Below are positions 36,035-45,119 of a DNA stretch of 64,000 nt, piece by piece (within the stretch, counting starts at the first letter, position 1; each line of letters begins with the position of its first letter). Origin of the DNA: a virus; IMG/VR virus record IMGVR_UViG_3300008267_000016, positions 1 through 64,000 of that record; one strand, 5' to 3'. The position numbers and the translations under genes were made by a program. Below the pieces are notes generated by a model. That model had not been told where the DNA came from, did no database searches, and was given only the letters and a program-made list of their open reading frames with translations.

Positions 36035-36614
36035 AACTTTTATTCGTCGCTACAACATACCTGATGTTACTCTGTGCGATGAAATCATAAAATGGTTTGA
36101 AGACCACCCTGAGAAACAAGGGACTGGTGTTGTCCAGTCACGAGAAGGTAAACCTATAGTAAATAAAGATTATAAAGATGGTACGTGTATTTCTGTGAAT
36201 GATATTAATTATGCTTACACTCAGCCACCTCTGCGTTCGTTTCTTATTTGGCTTTGGGACTGTGTGAATCTGTATTTAGAAGATTTCCCCGAGCTTAAAA
36301 ATTCTTGTTTTGCTATGAGAGAGGGGTTTAATATTCAAAGATTTCTACCCCCAAGTCAAGGGTTTAAAGTTTTTCACCATGAAAGGATATCGTATCAAGT
36401 CTGTCCTCGTTTACTTGTCTTTATGCTTTATTTAAACGATGTAGAAGATAAAGGCGGTACAGAATTCAAGTACTACAACCATGTTGAAAAAGCTCAACGC
36501 GGCAAATTGTTGATTTGGCCAACAGACTTCACCCACACCCACCGTGGTGTAGTATCGCCAACAGAAAAAAAGTACATTATTACTGGCTGGTATGGTCTAA
36601 TCCCTGCAGAGTAA
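36015..36614 (+). CDS. 2OG-Fe(II) oxygenase (prolyl-hydroxylase-like, cyanophage type)
   Basis: FHHE...RLLVFMLYLNDV...GGTEF...GKLLIWP..FTHTHRG...KYIITGW. Confidence 0.85.
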   Translation: MRLVSTETFIRRYNIPDVTLCDEIIKWFEDHPEKQGTGVVQSREGKPIVNKDYKDGTCISVNDINYAYTQPPLRSFLIWLWDCVNLYLEDFPELKNSCFAMREGFNIQRFLPPSQGFKVFHHERISYQVCPRLLVFMLYLNDVEDKGGTEFKYYNHVEKAQRGKLLIWPTDFTHTHRGVVSPTEKKYIITGWYGLIPAE

Positions 36615-38204
36615 TCTCATATTTTCTGGAGTATACAGATAATCTATCTTTGTGTTATTTAAAGTACTTACAGCGTCTTCAAACGTTTCTATTATTGGTT
36701 GCTTATCGACATTAAATGAAGTATTACCTAGTATAGGTACTCCTGTAATTTCGTAAAAATTTTGTATTAGCTCAAAGTAATTTTTATTTTGTTCTTTTGT
36801 TATTGTTTGTATCCTGCACGTACCGTCGACATGTACTATGGCAGGTATCTTTTCTTTTTTTAAACACGTAGCATTTAGAGTCATAAAAGGGTTTTCTTCG
36901 ATATCAAACCATTTTTCTACTTCTTCCTGAAGTATAGTACCTGCAAAAGGCCTAAAACTTTCTCTGTTTTTTATTCGGTTGATTATATCTTTACCGTTTG
37001 GCAGACAAGGGTTAAAAAGAATAGAACGGTTTCCTAATGCTCTAGCACCTGCTTCTGACCTCCCCTGGAACAGAGCGACTGTTTTTCCCTTGGATAACAA
37101 AAGAGCTACTTCTTTACTTGTTGTCCTGTCTCCGATTTCTTTAAAAAGTAACTCCTTTTTTGGCCCTAGGTAGATATTCTCTAACTTTCTCTTTGTCTGG
37201 TCTTTTTGCTCAGCGTGGTGCACCAACTTAGCTGCGCCATACGATAGACCTCCGTCACCAGCCATAGGGTCAATAAAAAAATTAAACTCGCTTAGTTTAT
37301 CTTTGTAGTATTTATTGGCTACTATATTTAATGCAAAGCCTCCAGATAACACTATATTTTTTGTGTTACTCAGTTTTATTGCTTTTTTTATGTAACTTAA
37401 AGCTTTTTCTTGTGTTGCTTTTTGTACGGCAAATGCTAGATCTGCTTGTAGCTGTCCCCAATCGTTTGTAATAAGCTCAGGGTAACTGTAGGTGTTTATC
37501 TTATTGTCATTAGTAAAAAGATTTTTATTCGCTTCTTTTTTGGGGCCTGTCAGTATCTCTGGGATGTTTTTATTTGCTGCTCCGTATGCTGCTAACCCCA
37601 TGGTTTTACCACAGTCTAGATTTCTAAATCCTTGATGATTAGCTACTGCTTGATACATACCGCCTATATCGATATGGGAAGTTATTTCGACTTCTGTGTT
37701 ATGAAGTAAGGAACTAACAGCGCTAAAATTACTTCCTCTGTGCGGATCGACAACTAGTTTTTTGTACAGCAGCCTGAAATTATCTGGATACGAGGCTTCG
37801 TATACGGATGTTGTTTCAGCACCAAAAGCTCCGTTATTTAGCGCGAATTCTGAACCTCTCCCATCAAAAACTACGCAGACTGCTTCAGTGAAACCAGAAC
37901 TGTAGAAAGCCGAAGCAGCGTGGGCTAAATGATGTATATCGTTGTGAACACTAAATCGTTTAAAAGTTATTCCATTTTTTCTAAGTAAATGTTTTATGAA
38001 GTTTTCATTTCCGCAGTGAGTTACTATAACTGAATCTATTTCTGTGACTATATCTTTTATTTGACCTATACATTTTATAGGTTCTGAGTCATATTTTATT
38101 TTTGATAATCTTTCTTCCTCTATGAATAGTTCAACTTCCCCATTAATTAGTAAGCAAACACTTGAATTATGCTTACCACAATGTATTCCTAATACTGAGT
38201 TCAT
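36597..38204 (-). CDS. Carbamoyltransferase (NodU/CmcH/TobZ family)
   Basis: EEERLS, HHLAHAASAF, DGRG, GKTMGLAAYG, GG.ALN..AN, GRSE.G.RALGNRSIL, FRPFA, HVDGT.R.QT, NTSFN. Confidence 0.95.
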   Translation of the reverse strand: MNSVLGIHCGKHNSSVCLLINGEVELFIEEERLSKIKYDSEPIKCIGQIKDIVTEIDSVIVTHCGNENFIKHLLRKNGITFKRFSVHNDIHHLAHAASAFYSSGFTEAVCVVFDGRGSEFALNNGAFGAETTSVYEASYPDNFRLLYKKLVVDPHRGSNFSAVSSLLHNTEVEITSHIDIGGMYQAVANHQGFRNLDCGKTMGLAAYGAANKNIPEILTGPKKEANKNLFTNDNKINTYSYPELITNDWGQLQADLAFAVQKATQEKALSYIKKAIKLSNTKNIVLSGGFALNIVANKYYKDKLSEFNFFIDPMAGDGGLSYGAAKLVHHAEQKDQTKRKLENIYLGPKKELLFKEIGDRTTSKEVALLLSKGKTVALFQGRSEAGARALGNRSILFNPCLPNGKDIINRIKNRESFRPFAGTILQEEVEKWFDIEENPFMTLNATCLKKEKIPAIVHVDGTCRIQTITKEQNKNYFELIQNFYEITGVPILGNTSFNVDKQPIIETFEDAVSTLNNTKIDYLYTPENMRLLCRD

Positions 38205-38833
38205 TGTAGTTTTAAGGTTAAACCGCTTAAGTGGTACTCATCTCCTACTGTGCCGTCAAAATAACTATTAAAACTTATAGTAATTCTTGGTATAGGAGAT
38301 TTATTTTCACTAACAGAGTGGAGAAGCATTGAAGGAAAAATCAACATAGTTTGGTTAACAGGTTTGTGCTTGTGGATTATTTGGTTTCCGTCCGCCTCGT
38401 GGTGCCCGTTAAACATTCTGTTTTCCATAGCGTAAGGGTTTAACGAGCTGAACCAAGTATCACCAGACTCTCCTTGGATATAAATAATACCACTTAGAAT
38501 CGACCACGGATGTCTGTGAGCGTGATGCCACTGACCTTCGTTACTGATGTTTGCCCACATAAGAGAAACTTTGATATCATCAAACCAAGTGTATCCGACT
38601 TCTGTAGCAACTTCTTTTACTTTAGGGTTTATAAAGTCACATAGAAATTTCCAATTTTCTTGTCTATGTAGAGATGTCCTACCGTACGCAGATTTACCGT
38701 AATGTGGTTGACCGTCTCTTTGTTCTCTCGTTTCAAACCCAGCGTATGGGAGTTCCCTTAGGATTGAAGTATGTATGTCATCAGGTATGTCGTACTTGTA
38801 CAGAGTTGTCGGAAGTATGTTAAGTTTTTCCAT
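38201..38833 (-). CDS. Putative 2OG-Fe(II) oxygenase (TIGR02466-like)
   Basis: WAN......HH.H.HP.S.LSGIIY...LIFPS.L.H.V......RITISFN. Confidence 0.85.
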   Translation of the reverse strand: MEKLNILPTTLYKYDIPDDIHTSILRELPYAGFETREQRDGQPHYGKSAYGRTSLHRQENWKFLCDFINPKVKEVATEVGYTWFDDIKVSLMWANISNEGQWHHAHRHPWSILSGIIYIQGESGDTWFSSLNPYAMENRMFNGHHEADGNQIIHKHKPVNQTMLIFPSMLLHSVSENKSPIPRITISFNSYFDGTVGDEYHLSGLTLKLQ

Positions 38834-38939
38834 TTGCCTGTGTTTTGGGTGCCGCTATTGTACCTCACTGCAGGAGTGATGTCTGCCTTCAGGCTCTAAT
38901 ACTTACTTGCTGCATTGTTGTGTAATTTTCTAGGAAAGA

Positions 38940-39347
38940 GTGATTTTTATTTGTAGAATATCGTTAGCCGCACTCACACTTGTGAGCGAACGGGATCTTC
39001 TCTTCGATCTTTCCTGTTTACAAAAGCGAGTTGCCAAAAAGAGATTTCGAAAACAAATATTTGAAGATTGGGGTTGTTGCGCTTACTGCGGTAAAGAAAA
39101 TCCGACAACGTTAGATCACGTCGTACCGAAAGCCCGTGGGGGCGCTACGACCAGAAAAAATCTTATTGCAGCTTGCGGTGACTGCAATATCCTTAAAAGT
39201 TCAGAAGACTGGTGCGTTTGGTACAGGTCTCAGTACTTTTGGACACTAGAAAGAGAGGAGCGTATTCTTTGTTGGGTTAACCAACAAGACGACGCTCCTT
39301 TTTCATTAGTACCTGTTTATTGGGGATCTACCCTCGTGGCAGCTTAA
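38940..39347 (+). CDS. HNH endonuclease (likely start GTG about 38982)
   Basis: CAYCG....TLDHVVPKARGG....NL...C..CN..K. Confidence 0.9.
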   Translation: MIFICRISLAALTLVSERDLLFDLSCLQKRVAKKRFRKQIFEDWGCCAYCGKENPTTLDHVVPKARGGATTRKNLIAACGDCNILKSSEDWCVWYRSQYFWTLEREERILCWVNQQDDAPFSLVPVYWGSTLVAA

Positions 39348-39527
39348 TTATTTTTTAGCCACTTTAGTTATGATACCAGCAATTATTTCAATAATTTTAT
39401 ACAGCTTGGCATAGAGCTCATCGTCTTTCGGCGTCGGGGTGACGTTTACGATGGCCAATGCCAGTACATGCAGGGCGGCCAAAATACCTGCGATTTCAGC
39501 CCAGTTTTCCGTAAGATGACTAATCAT
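39348..39527 (-). CDS. Small holin-like membrane protein (59 aa; not in track)
   Basis: Manual translation MISHLTENWAEIAGILAALHVLALAIVNVTPTPKDDELYAKLYKIIEIIAGIITKVAKK; TM helix plus TPTPKDD motif. Confidence 0.7.
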   Translation of the reverse strand: MISHLTENWAEIAGILAALHVLALAIVNVTPTPKDDELYAKLYKIIEIIAGIITKVAKK

Positions 39528-39571
39528 GGTGCTAACTCAGCTAGTAGAATTCTAAGAGCATTTATATATCT

Positions 39572-39832
39572 ATGCCTGCCATACTCGACGACGCAGTCAA
39601 GTCGATTATGAAAGAAAATCCGAAGATGTCGGAGTCTTCGGCTTATGCAATCGCAACTAAACAACTTCAGCGCTCCGGCGACCTGAAAGAAGGCACTCAG
39701 GAAGCAACTAAAAAAGGGGATCGTCGCGGCGAAATGTCGAAAGCTACGCGTGCTAAAACACGAGCTAAAAAGTACAAAGAAGAGCGTAAAGCAGGTCGTA
39801 AATTTGAGCGTAATACAGAAGGTCGGGACTGA
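39572..39832 (+). CDS. Small basic protein
   Basis: S.AYAIAT..L motif, Lys/Arg-rich. Confidence 0.7.
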   Translation: MPAILDDAVKSIMKENPKMSESSAYAIATKQLQRSGDLKEGTQEATKKGDRRGEMSKATRAKTRAKKYKEERKAGRKFERNTEGRD

Positions 39833-40062
39833 TGGCTGAAGTCGCTCAGAAAAAAGATCCCGAAAAGTGGGCAAGAGCCAAAGCTAAAGCACGTAAAAAG
39901 CTTGGCGGACATTCTGCACGTGCCATGCAGTTGGCAACGAAGTATTACAAGGAGTCTGGTGGGCGTTATGAGGGCAAAAAGTCTTCTGAAAACCGCCTGA
40001 GCAAATGGTCTAAGGAAGATTGGCAGACTCGGGAAGAGTACGAAAAAGGCGGTGAGTCCTGA
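39832..40062 (+). CDS. Small basic protein (N-half of a DUF5872-like module)
   Basis: HSARAMQLATKYYK..GG.Y.G.K...N.L.KW.KEDWQT. Confidence 0.7.
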   Translation: MAEVAQKKDPEKWARAKAKARKKLGGHSARAMQLATKYYKESGGRYEGKKSSENRLSKWSKEDWQTREEYEKGGES

Positions 40063-40490
40063 TGGAACCGAGTATTCCTATCCGCTCTCAGGTATTTCTT
40101 GAAAAAGAAATTACTTCGAAGTCTCCTAGCTGCCCTACGGCAACGTTAGACGTTGAGGAGAATACAAAAAACCGTAACTGGACTATCGATAAGTTTGCTT
40201 ATGGACCTTTAAATCCGGACTACCCCGATCCGGGATTTTGGGAACATAAAGCGGACTTGTGGAACACGGATATTGAGCACGCGAAATCGGCTCTCTGCGG
40301 TAACTGCGCGGCGTTCGATCAGTCGCCACAGATTCAGCAGTGCATACTTACAGGTATAAACGAGACAAACGCAGCGGATCCGCGTGACGTTTTGGAATTA
40401 GCCGATTTAGGCTACTGCCAGCTTTTTAAGTTCAAGTGCGCAGCTCAGCGAAGCTGTGACGCTTGGCTTCATGGAGGACCCATTCAATAA
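40062..40490 (+). CDS. Cys-rich hypothetical protein
   Basis: CGNCAAFD...GYC..F.FKCA..R.C.AW..GGPI. Confidence 0.75.
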   Translation: MEPSIPIRSQVFLEKEITSKSPSCPTATLDVEENTKNRNWTIDKFAYGPLNPDYPDPGFWEHKADLWNTDIEHAKSALCGNCAAFDQSPQIQQCILTGINETNAADPRDVLELADLGYCQLFKFKCAAQRSCDAWLHGGPIQ

Positions 40491-40705
40491 TGGCTGATTT
40501 AGCGCGTGAGAAAGGCCGTACTGAGCGGTATTTACCTCGGGCAGCTTGGGCTTCGTTGTCCCCTGAGGAGCGTCGTGCGACTGACGAAAAGAAAAAACAA
40601 GCCACCCGTGGTAAGCCTGTAAACACTCAGGTCGCAAACACGGAAGCTGCCAAACGAGCTGGTCGAAAAGCTCGTGCCTTCAAGCAATCTAGAAGCAATG
40701 GCTAA
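40490..40705 (+). CDS. Small basic protein (C-half of a DUF5872-like module)
   Basis: ATG coupled to upstream TAA; RYLP.AAW..LS.EE..AT..KK...Q.V.NT. Confidence 0.65.
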   Translation: MADLAREKGRTERYLPRAAWASLSPEERRATDEKKKQATRGKPVNTQVANTEAAKRAGRKARAFKQSRSNG

Positions 40706-40838
40706 GCAAGGTCCCTGCTGGGATGGTTACGTTCAAGAAGGTTATAAAAAGAAGGACGGCCGGAACGTACCCAATTGTGTTCGTGCGAAGAAGAAAGCTA
40801 AGTCTTATCAAAAGTCTCAACAGTCCAAGGGGCGCTGA
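40698..40838 (+). CDS. Small basic peptide with CW.GY...VPNCV motif (not in track)
   Basis: Manual translation MAKQGPCWDGYVQEGYKKKDGRNVPNCVRAKKK... Confidence 0.7.
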   Translation: MAKQGPCWDGYVQEGYKKKDGRNVPNCVRAKKKAKSYQKSQQSKGR

Positions 40839-41118
40839 GGCGCATCTCGCCACCTAGGAGCTCCTGCGCTTTAGTTCCGTCTGGCGGAAGTTCAGTGTAG
40901 ATAGGTTTCTGTTTTTCTTTTTCCTCTTTATCCCACGCCTCGCGGAACGCCTCTACTTGTTTGTCAACTTCTTTAATTGCAACTTCAGCTCGAAAAGCAG
41001 CCCAATCTGGTCGACAATAATCGAGTATTCGCCTGATCCAAGGTTTTTGTTTTAGTGGATAAAACCTACATAAGAAGGTAATCAGCTCGTAGATAAGTGC
41101 GTTTACTTTGTTGTACAT
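40798..41118 (-). CDS. Hypothetical protein
   Basis: ATG with AAGGT RBS; ends LLGGEMRLSAPW. Confidence 0.6.
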   Translation of the reverse strand: MYNKVNALIYELITFLCRFYPLKQKPWIRRILDYCRPDWAAFRAEVAIKEVDKQVEAFREAWDKEEKEKQKPIYTELPPDGTKAQELLGGEMRLSAPWTVETFDKT

Positions 41119-41157
41119 ACCTTAGAATCTTTATATCGAGGTGTCTCCAATCTAGCC

Positions 41158-41556
41158 ATGGCCGAAGTTACCTTCAATCGTGAGACAGGAGTCGCTCCGG
41201 AAGGAATTACTCGTTTTGGCCAGTTTCGTACTCTGGACGGTAATAACGTCACCATTGGTAACTACCGCTCTTTTGCTGGTGACGGCGGCTTAGGTCTGGC
41301 CGACGTTTTCAGCCTGACCTTTGGTACCTCTGGTACCGCGACCATCACTTTAGATGCTGAAGCTTTTGCTGTGAGCAAAGTTGAAGTTTATAAAGCCGAT
41401 GGTACCGTGGCAGGTACTGCAAACGCACCCAAAATTACGCGTCGCAGCAACTCCAGTTTCACTTATAGCGTCAGCAACGGCGAGACCGCTACGCTCTATG
41501 TGTTCCGTACCGGTCGCAGTGAAACTGAGTACCGGGTTACAGTTACCGCTGCTTAA
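41158..41556 (+). CDS. Hypothetical beta-sandwich virion protein
   Basis: GAGGTG RBS, Thr-rich beta sequence, high-expression codons. Confidence 0.7.
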   Translation: MAEVTFNRETGVAPEGITRFGQFRTLDGNNVTIGNYRSFAGDGGLGLADVFSLTFGTSGTATITLDAEAFAVSKVEVYKADGTVAGTANAPKITRRSNSSFTYSVSNGETATLYVFRTGRSETEYRVTVTAA

Positions 41557-41618
41557 TTAAAATTTCACGCCGCATATTGTCAAACTCTGCCAGAGTAAAT
41601 ACAGGCAGATTTTGACAA

Positions 41619-42854
41619 ATGCGTATTTCGCAGAAGGGGATAGATTTAATCAAAAAGTTTGAAGGTATTCGGCTGACAGCCTATGTCTGTCCTGCCGGTG
41701 TATTGACTATCGGCTATGGGCATACTGGGCCTGATGTGCAACCAGGAATGCGCATCACCGAGGAGGAGGCCGAGCGTCTGCTGTGGGCTGATACTGAGAG
41801 TGCGCAACAGACCGTCAGTAGTTTTGTAAGCGTAAAACTTAATCAGAATGAATATGATGCGCTAGTTTCTTTTACGTTTAATGTTGGACCGACAGCGTTC
41901 GTCAACAGCACGATGCTGCGCCTGCTTAACCATGGAGCTGATCGCAAGGTCGTAGCGGGTGAATTCGGTAGGTGGGTTAAGGCCGGCAGCGATGAAGTCA
42001 TCCCTGGTTTGGTACGGCGCCGAGAAGAGGAGAAAAAGTTATTCTTAGAGAAGGTGAAGCATCCTCTTTTGGCTAAGTCTCTCCTTGCGAAACGTGATAC
42101 TTGGCTCAAGCGTCACCCTGTTGACTCCAGCACCTTGAAGGCCGAGGAGAAGCTTTTTGTCCCTAAAGGCAGCGCGTGGCAGTGGACTGAAATCAGGATG
42201 TATGCCGGAGAAGCTCACCAGCGAGTGCTCCTAGAGAAGCAACCAGAAGTTGAGTGGTGGTTTTTCCCGGATCACTGGAAGATCATTAATGACACAGAGA
42301 CTCAGGAGACACCACCCAAGACAGACGGTGAGATCAAACTAGTTGTTCCTTACTTCTCCCAACGGGATAACAAAAAAGATCCTATGCGCACCTGCTTTTC
42401 CAGCAGTTGTGCAATGCTCCTGGCGGCTCTCGATCCTGATGCTATTGATACTGACGATGAATACATCAGTGAAGTATATAAGTACGGTGATACCACATCG
42501 GCTTCAGCTCAACTGGACACTCTGAAGCACTTTGGTGTCGACGCTAAGTTTGTTCAAAACGCAAGCTGGGATACCATCGAGCAGCAGCTCAAGCGAGGCA
42601 TCCCTGTCCCAATGGGCATCCTCCACAAAGGTCCAGTTTCCAATCCTGTTGGAGGCGGCCACTGGATCTGCTGTGTGGGCGTCACCGCAGACCGCCAGAA
42701 ACTTTGGGTGCATGATCCTTTCGGCGATCTTGATCTGATTGGTGGGTCTTACGTTTCTACTGATGGGAAATACCGCTTGTATTCCAAGAAAAACTTAGGC
42801 CCTCGTTTCCTTGTTGAAGGACCTAAGAGTGGCTGGGTAATCCTGGCTAGCTGA
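41619..42854 (+). CDS. Endolysin: GH24 lysozyme + cyanobacterial-type middle domain + C39-like peptidase
   Basis: IKKFEG..L.AY.CPAGV.TIGYGHT, YDALVSFTFNVG, GLVRRR..E; VPYFSQRDN...CFSSSCAM, GGGHW...G...HDPFG. Confidence 0.9.
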   Translation: MRISQKGIDLIKKFEGIRLTAYVCPAGVLTIGYGHTGPDVQPGMRITEEEAERLLWADTESAQQTVSSFVSVKLNQNEYDALVSFTFNVGPTAFVNSTMLRLLNHGADRKVVAGEFGRWVKAGSDEVIPGLVRRREEEKKLFLEKVKHPLLAKSLLAKRDTWLKRHPVDSSTLKAEEKLFVPKGSAWQWTEIRMYAGEAHQRVLLEKQPEVEWWFFPDHWKIINDTETQETPPKTDGEIKLVVPYFSQRDNKKDPMRTCFSSSCAMLLAALDPDAIDTDDEYISEVYKYGDTTSASAQLDTLKHFGVDAKFVQNASWDTIEQQLKRGIPVPMGILHKGPVSNPVGGGHWICCVGVTADRQKLWVHDPFGDLDLIGGSYVSTDGKYRLYSKKNLGPRFLVEGPKSGWVILAS

Positions 42855-42883
42855 GGTAGACTTCGTACTCTCTCCTTTGAGCC

Positions 42884-43123
42884 ATGGTTTCTGTCGGCGC
42901 TGAGTTCGATTATCAGAAAATTCTAGATAACTGGAGTGTTACTGATGAGCAAAGCAAGGCAGATTTCTTAGATGCGCTCTATGAGTTTTATGGATGTAAT
43001 AACGGTCTGTACTCTGGGCTTTTCCAGCGTTTTCAGTCGGATCTGACTGAATTTGCTCGGCATTTAGTTACCATGCGGGGCATGGCAGTAGCTGAGTTGT
43101 TTCGTGCTGGCTTAGAATTGTAA
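42884..43123 (+). CDS. Hypothetical protein
   Basis: FLD.LY......GLYSGL.Q motif; TAGACT upstream. Confidence 0.65.
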   Translation: MVSVGAEFDYQKILDNWSVTDEQSKADFLDALYEFYGCNNGLYSGLFQRFQSDLTEFARHLVTMRGMAVAELFRAGLEL

Positions 43124-43138
43124 AAACTTAATCAGCTG

Positions 43139-43372
43139 ATGGCGTATAAGCGAGACTATAAGGAAGAGTACCGTAATTACGACGGCACTGAGAAAGTTAA
43201 AAAGCGCCGTGCAGCTAGAAATAAAGCGCGGCGTTTTATGGAACGCGAAGGTCGGGTCCATAAAGGCGATGGTAAAGATGTCGACCATAAAGATCGGAAC
43301 CCGCATAACAATTCGCCTTCTAACTTAAGGGTAATGGATGCCTCGAGAAATAGATCTAGGAAACCTGATTGA
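43139..43372 (+). CDS. Small HNH-like protein
   Basis: RDYKEEY...RA.RN.AR...GDGKDVDH......N...NL.V.....NR. Confidence 0.8.
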   Translation: MAYKRDYKEEYRNYDGTEKVKKRRAARNKARRFMEREGRVHKGDGKDVDHKDRNPHNNSPSNLRVMDASRNRSRKPD

Positions 43373-43386
43373 GCTAAGATAAAACT

Positions 43387-43902
43387 ATGAACGGCCAAAA
43401 CTTCTTACAACGCCCCGGTGGCTTAGGCCCTATGGCTGCCCGAGTGAAACCACTCGGTAGCCTGGCTACGGGCAACCCCGCGATGTACCAGAACACTCCT
43501 GAGATGATTGAGTTGAATCGGGCAACCGGTTTAGACAACATCAATCGAGTGTATTCACAGTATCAGCACGATATTGGAGAGTATGCGCGAGAGCCCGTGG
43601 GACCTACGGATGTTCAAGCTAGTAATATTGTTCCTAGCCAGCAGTTGACAGGGCCTGCCGGGTACAACCATAGGGATAACCTAGTGATCCCGGAGCGACC
43701 TGCTGATATGAGTAAGGGTGAGTATCTGGTTAAAACTCAGAACACTCTTAATCCTGAGATGCGTAATAAGTTAAAGATTCTGACGACGGTTCCTCAGCAG
43801 AACTTTCTGAGTGCCATGGATCCGACAATGGCGATGATCCCCCAGAATCTCAACACGGCGGGAACTTTACCCCTTCAGCTTCCTATTAAAATTAAAAAAT
43901 GA
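43387..43902 (+). CDS. Hypothetical protein
   Basis: ORF with TAAGAT just upstream of ATG (possibly leaderless). Confidence 0.65.
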   Translation: MNGQNFLQRPGGLGPMAARVKPLGSLATGNPAMYQNTPEMIELNRATGLDNINRVYSQYQHDIGEYAREPVGPTDVQASNIVPSQQLTGPAGYNHRDNLVIPERPADMSKGEYLVKTQNTLNPEMRNKLKILTTVPQQNFLSAMDPTMAMIPQNLNTAGTLPLQLPIKIKK

Positions 43903-44039
43903 TGCACCAGGACGCTGATAAGGTTCGCATGGCTGGGATGCGTCTCGGTTGGGGACCTGCTGACCTCGCTCGAATGGTTTCAAACCCGAGCGAGATTACT
44001 GCTAGATTACGGTACCAACAAGCTTTTCCACGTAGCTAA
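43899..44039 (+). CDS. Small hypothetical protein (46 aa; not in track)
   Basis: ATGA overlap upstream and TAATG overlap with thyX. Confidence 0.55.
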   Translation: MMHQDADKVRMAGMRLGWGPADLARMVSNPSEITARLRYQQAFPRS

Positions 44040-44737
44040 TGAAGCTGCATTCCGCTGATCTGGATTGGGTTACACCAGATGCGGAAAAAGTAATCGCAAG
44101 ACACGCCAGAGTTTCCACAAAAGATCCTGATCGTGAAGAGTACGAAAAGCTATTAACGTACTGTATTAAACACGCACACTGGTCGGTTTTCGAGCAAGCT
44201 TCGGCCAGCTTTGAAATTAGTACAACTCGAGCTATTTCACCTCAAATCTTGAGGCACAGGAGCTTCGTATTTCAAGAACTGTCTCAGCGCTACTGCGAAC
44301 CTAACGAAACACTTGATTTAGAAGAGAAACCCTTTCAATTTGAGCTGAGGTTTCAAGCCTCAAAGAATCGTCAGAGCAGCGTGGACCGCCTTCCGGTTTA
44401 CATGTGTGAATCGTTCTGGGAGCGGCTTGAGTTTATCGACAGTCAGGTTCAAGGGCTGTATAAGGAAATGCTCGACGCAGGCGTGGCTCGTGAATGCGCA
44501 AGGAATATTTTACCCTTGTACACACCCACTCGTATGCATATGAGCGGCACTGTGCGTAGTTTCCTGCATTATGTTGGTTTACGCGGCAAGGATGATACTC
44601 AGGCTGAGCATCGCCAGATTGCTAGGTCGATTGGTTATCGCCTTGCCCGTGAGCTTCCTACTGTCGTGAAAGCAGTTAGAGCTTCCGAAGATCCATCTCT
44701 TAAGGGTTGGGATTTCCTTAGGTATCTTCCTCAGTAG
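44039..44737 (+). CDS. thyX: Flavin-dependent thymidylate synthase
   Basis: HWSVFE, QILRHRSFVFQELSQRY (RHR-x7-S motif), E.AR.ILP. Confidence 0.95.
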   Translation: MKLHSADLDWVTPDAEKVIARHARVSTKDPDREEYEKLLTYCIKHAHWSVFEQASASFEISTTRAISPQILRHRSFVFQELSQRYCEPNETLDLEEKPFQFELRFQASKNRQSSVDRLPVYMCESFWERLEFIDSQVQGLYKEMLDAGVARECARNILPLYTPTRMHMSGTVRSFLHYVGLRGKDDTQAEHRQIARSIGYRLARELPTVVKAVRASEDPSLKGWDFLRYLPQ

Positions 44738-44963
44738 CTTTGTTTACTGGTGTTACACCAGTTAGCTCTTCGTAAGCATCAAGTTCATTAGCCAAGGCTC
44801 GCAGATCGTCTTCGCAGATGATTCCGTCACCTGTGGCGTGGCCAAAGCTCAACCTATACGCTACTTCCCGGAGAACAGCAGCTATAGCTTTTTTATTACA
44901 CCAATCAACTTCATGAGCTTTTTTGATTACCGCATATGCGTCAGCTGATAGTCCTTTTGCCAT
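44718..44963 (-). CDS. Small accessory protein (LS..A.AV...AA.LR...A.EL family)
   Basis: Similarity to 45993-46235 and 46654-46908. Confidence 0.65.
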   Translation of the reverse strand: MAKGLSADAYAVIKKAHEVDWCNKKAIAAVLREVAYRLSFGHATGDGIICEDDLRALANELDAYEELTGVTPVNKATEEDT

Positions 44964-45078
44964 TAGTTGAGTTCTTTATAAACGGTGAGTATTGAGATTG
45001 TTGATGGCCTGAGTGTAAACCGCCTCATAAGGACGGAGCAGAGACTCAGGCTCTATCGATACTGAGTGTAACAGAAGC

Positions 45079-45106
45079 ACCATTTTGTTGACGTTAACAA
45101 AATGGT
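45079..45106. repeat. 28-bp near-perfect palindrome
   Basis: accattttgtt-gacgtt-aacaaaatggt. Confidence 0.85.
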
Positions 45107-45119
45107 TTAGTGAGTTTGA

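Noticed and set aside
44039-44737. ThyX as part of a DNA hypermodification pathway with the GTs and carbamoyltransferase
   Set aside because: Canonical ThyX motif; no ThyA-like hydroxymethylase, PurZ or queuosine genes in the window. Not fully excluded, because the genome extends beyond the window.
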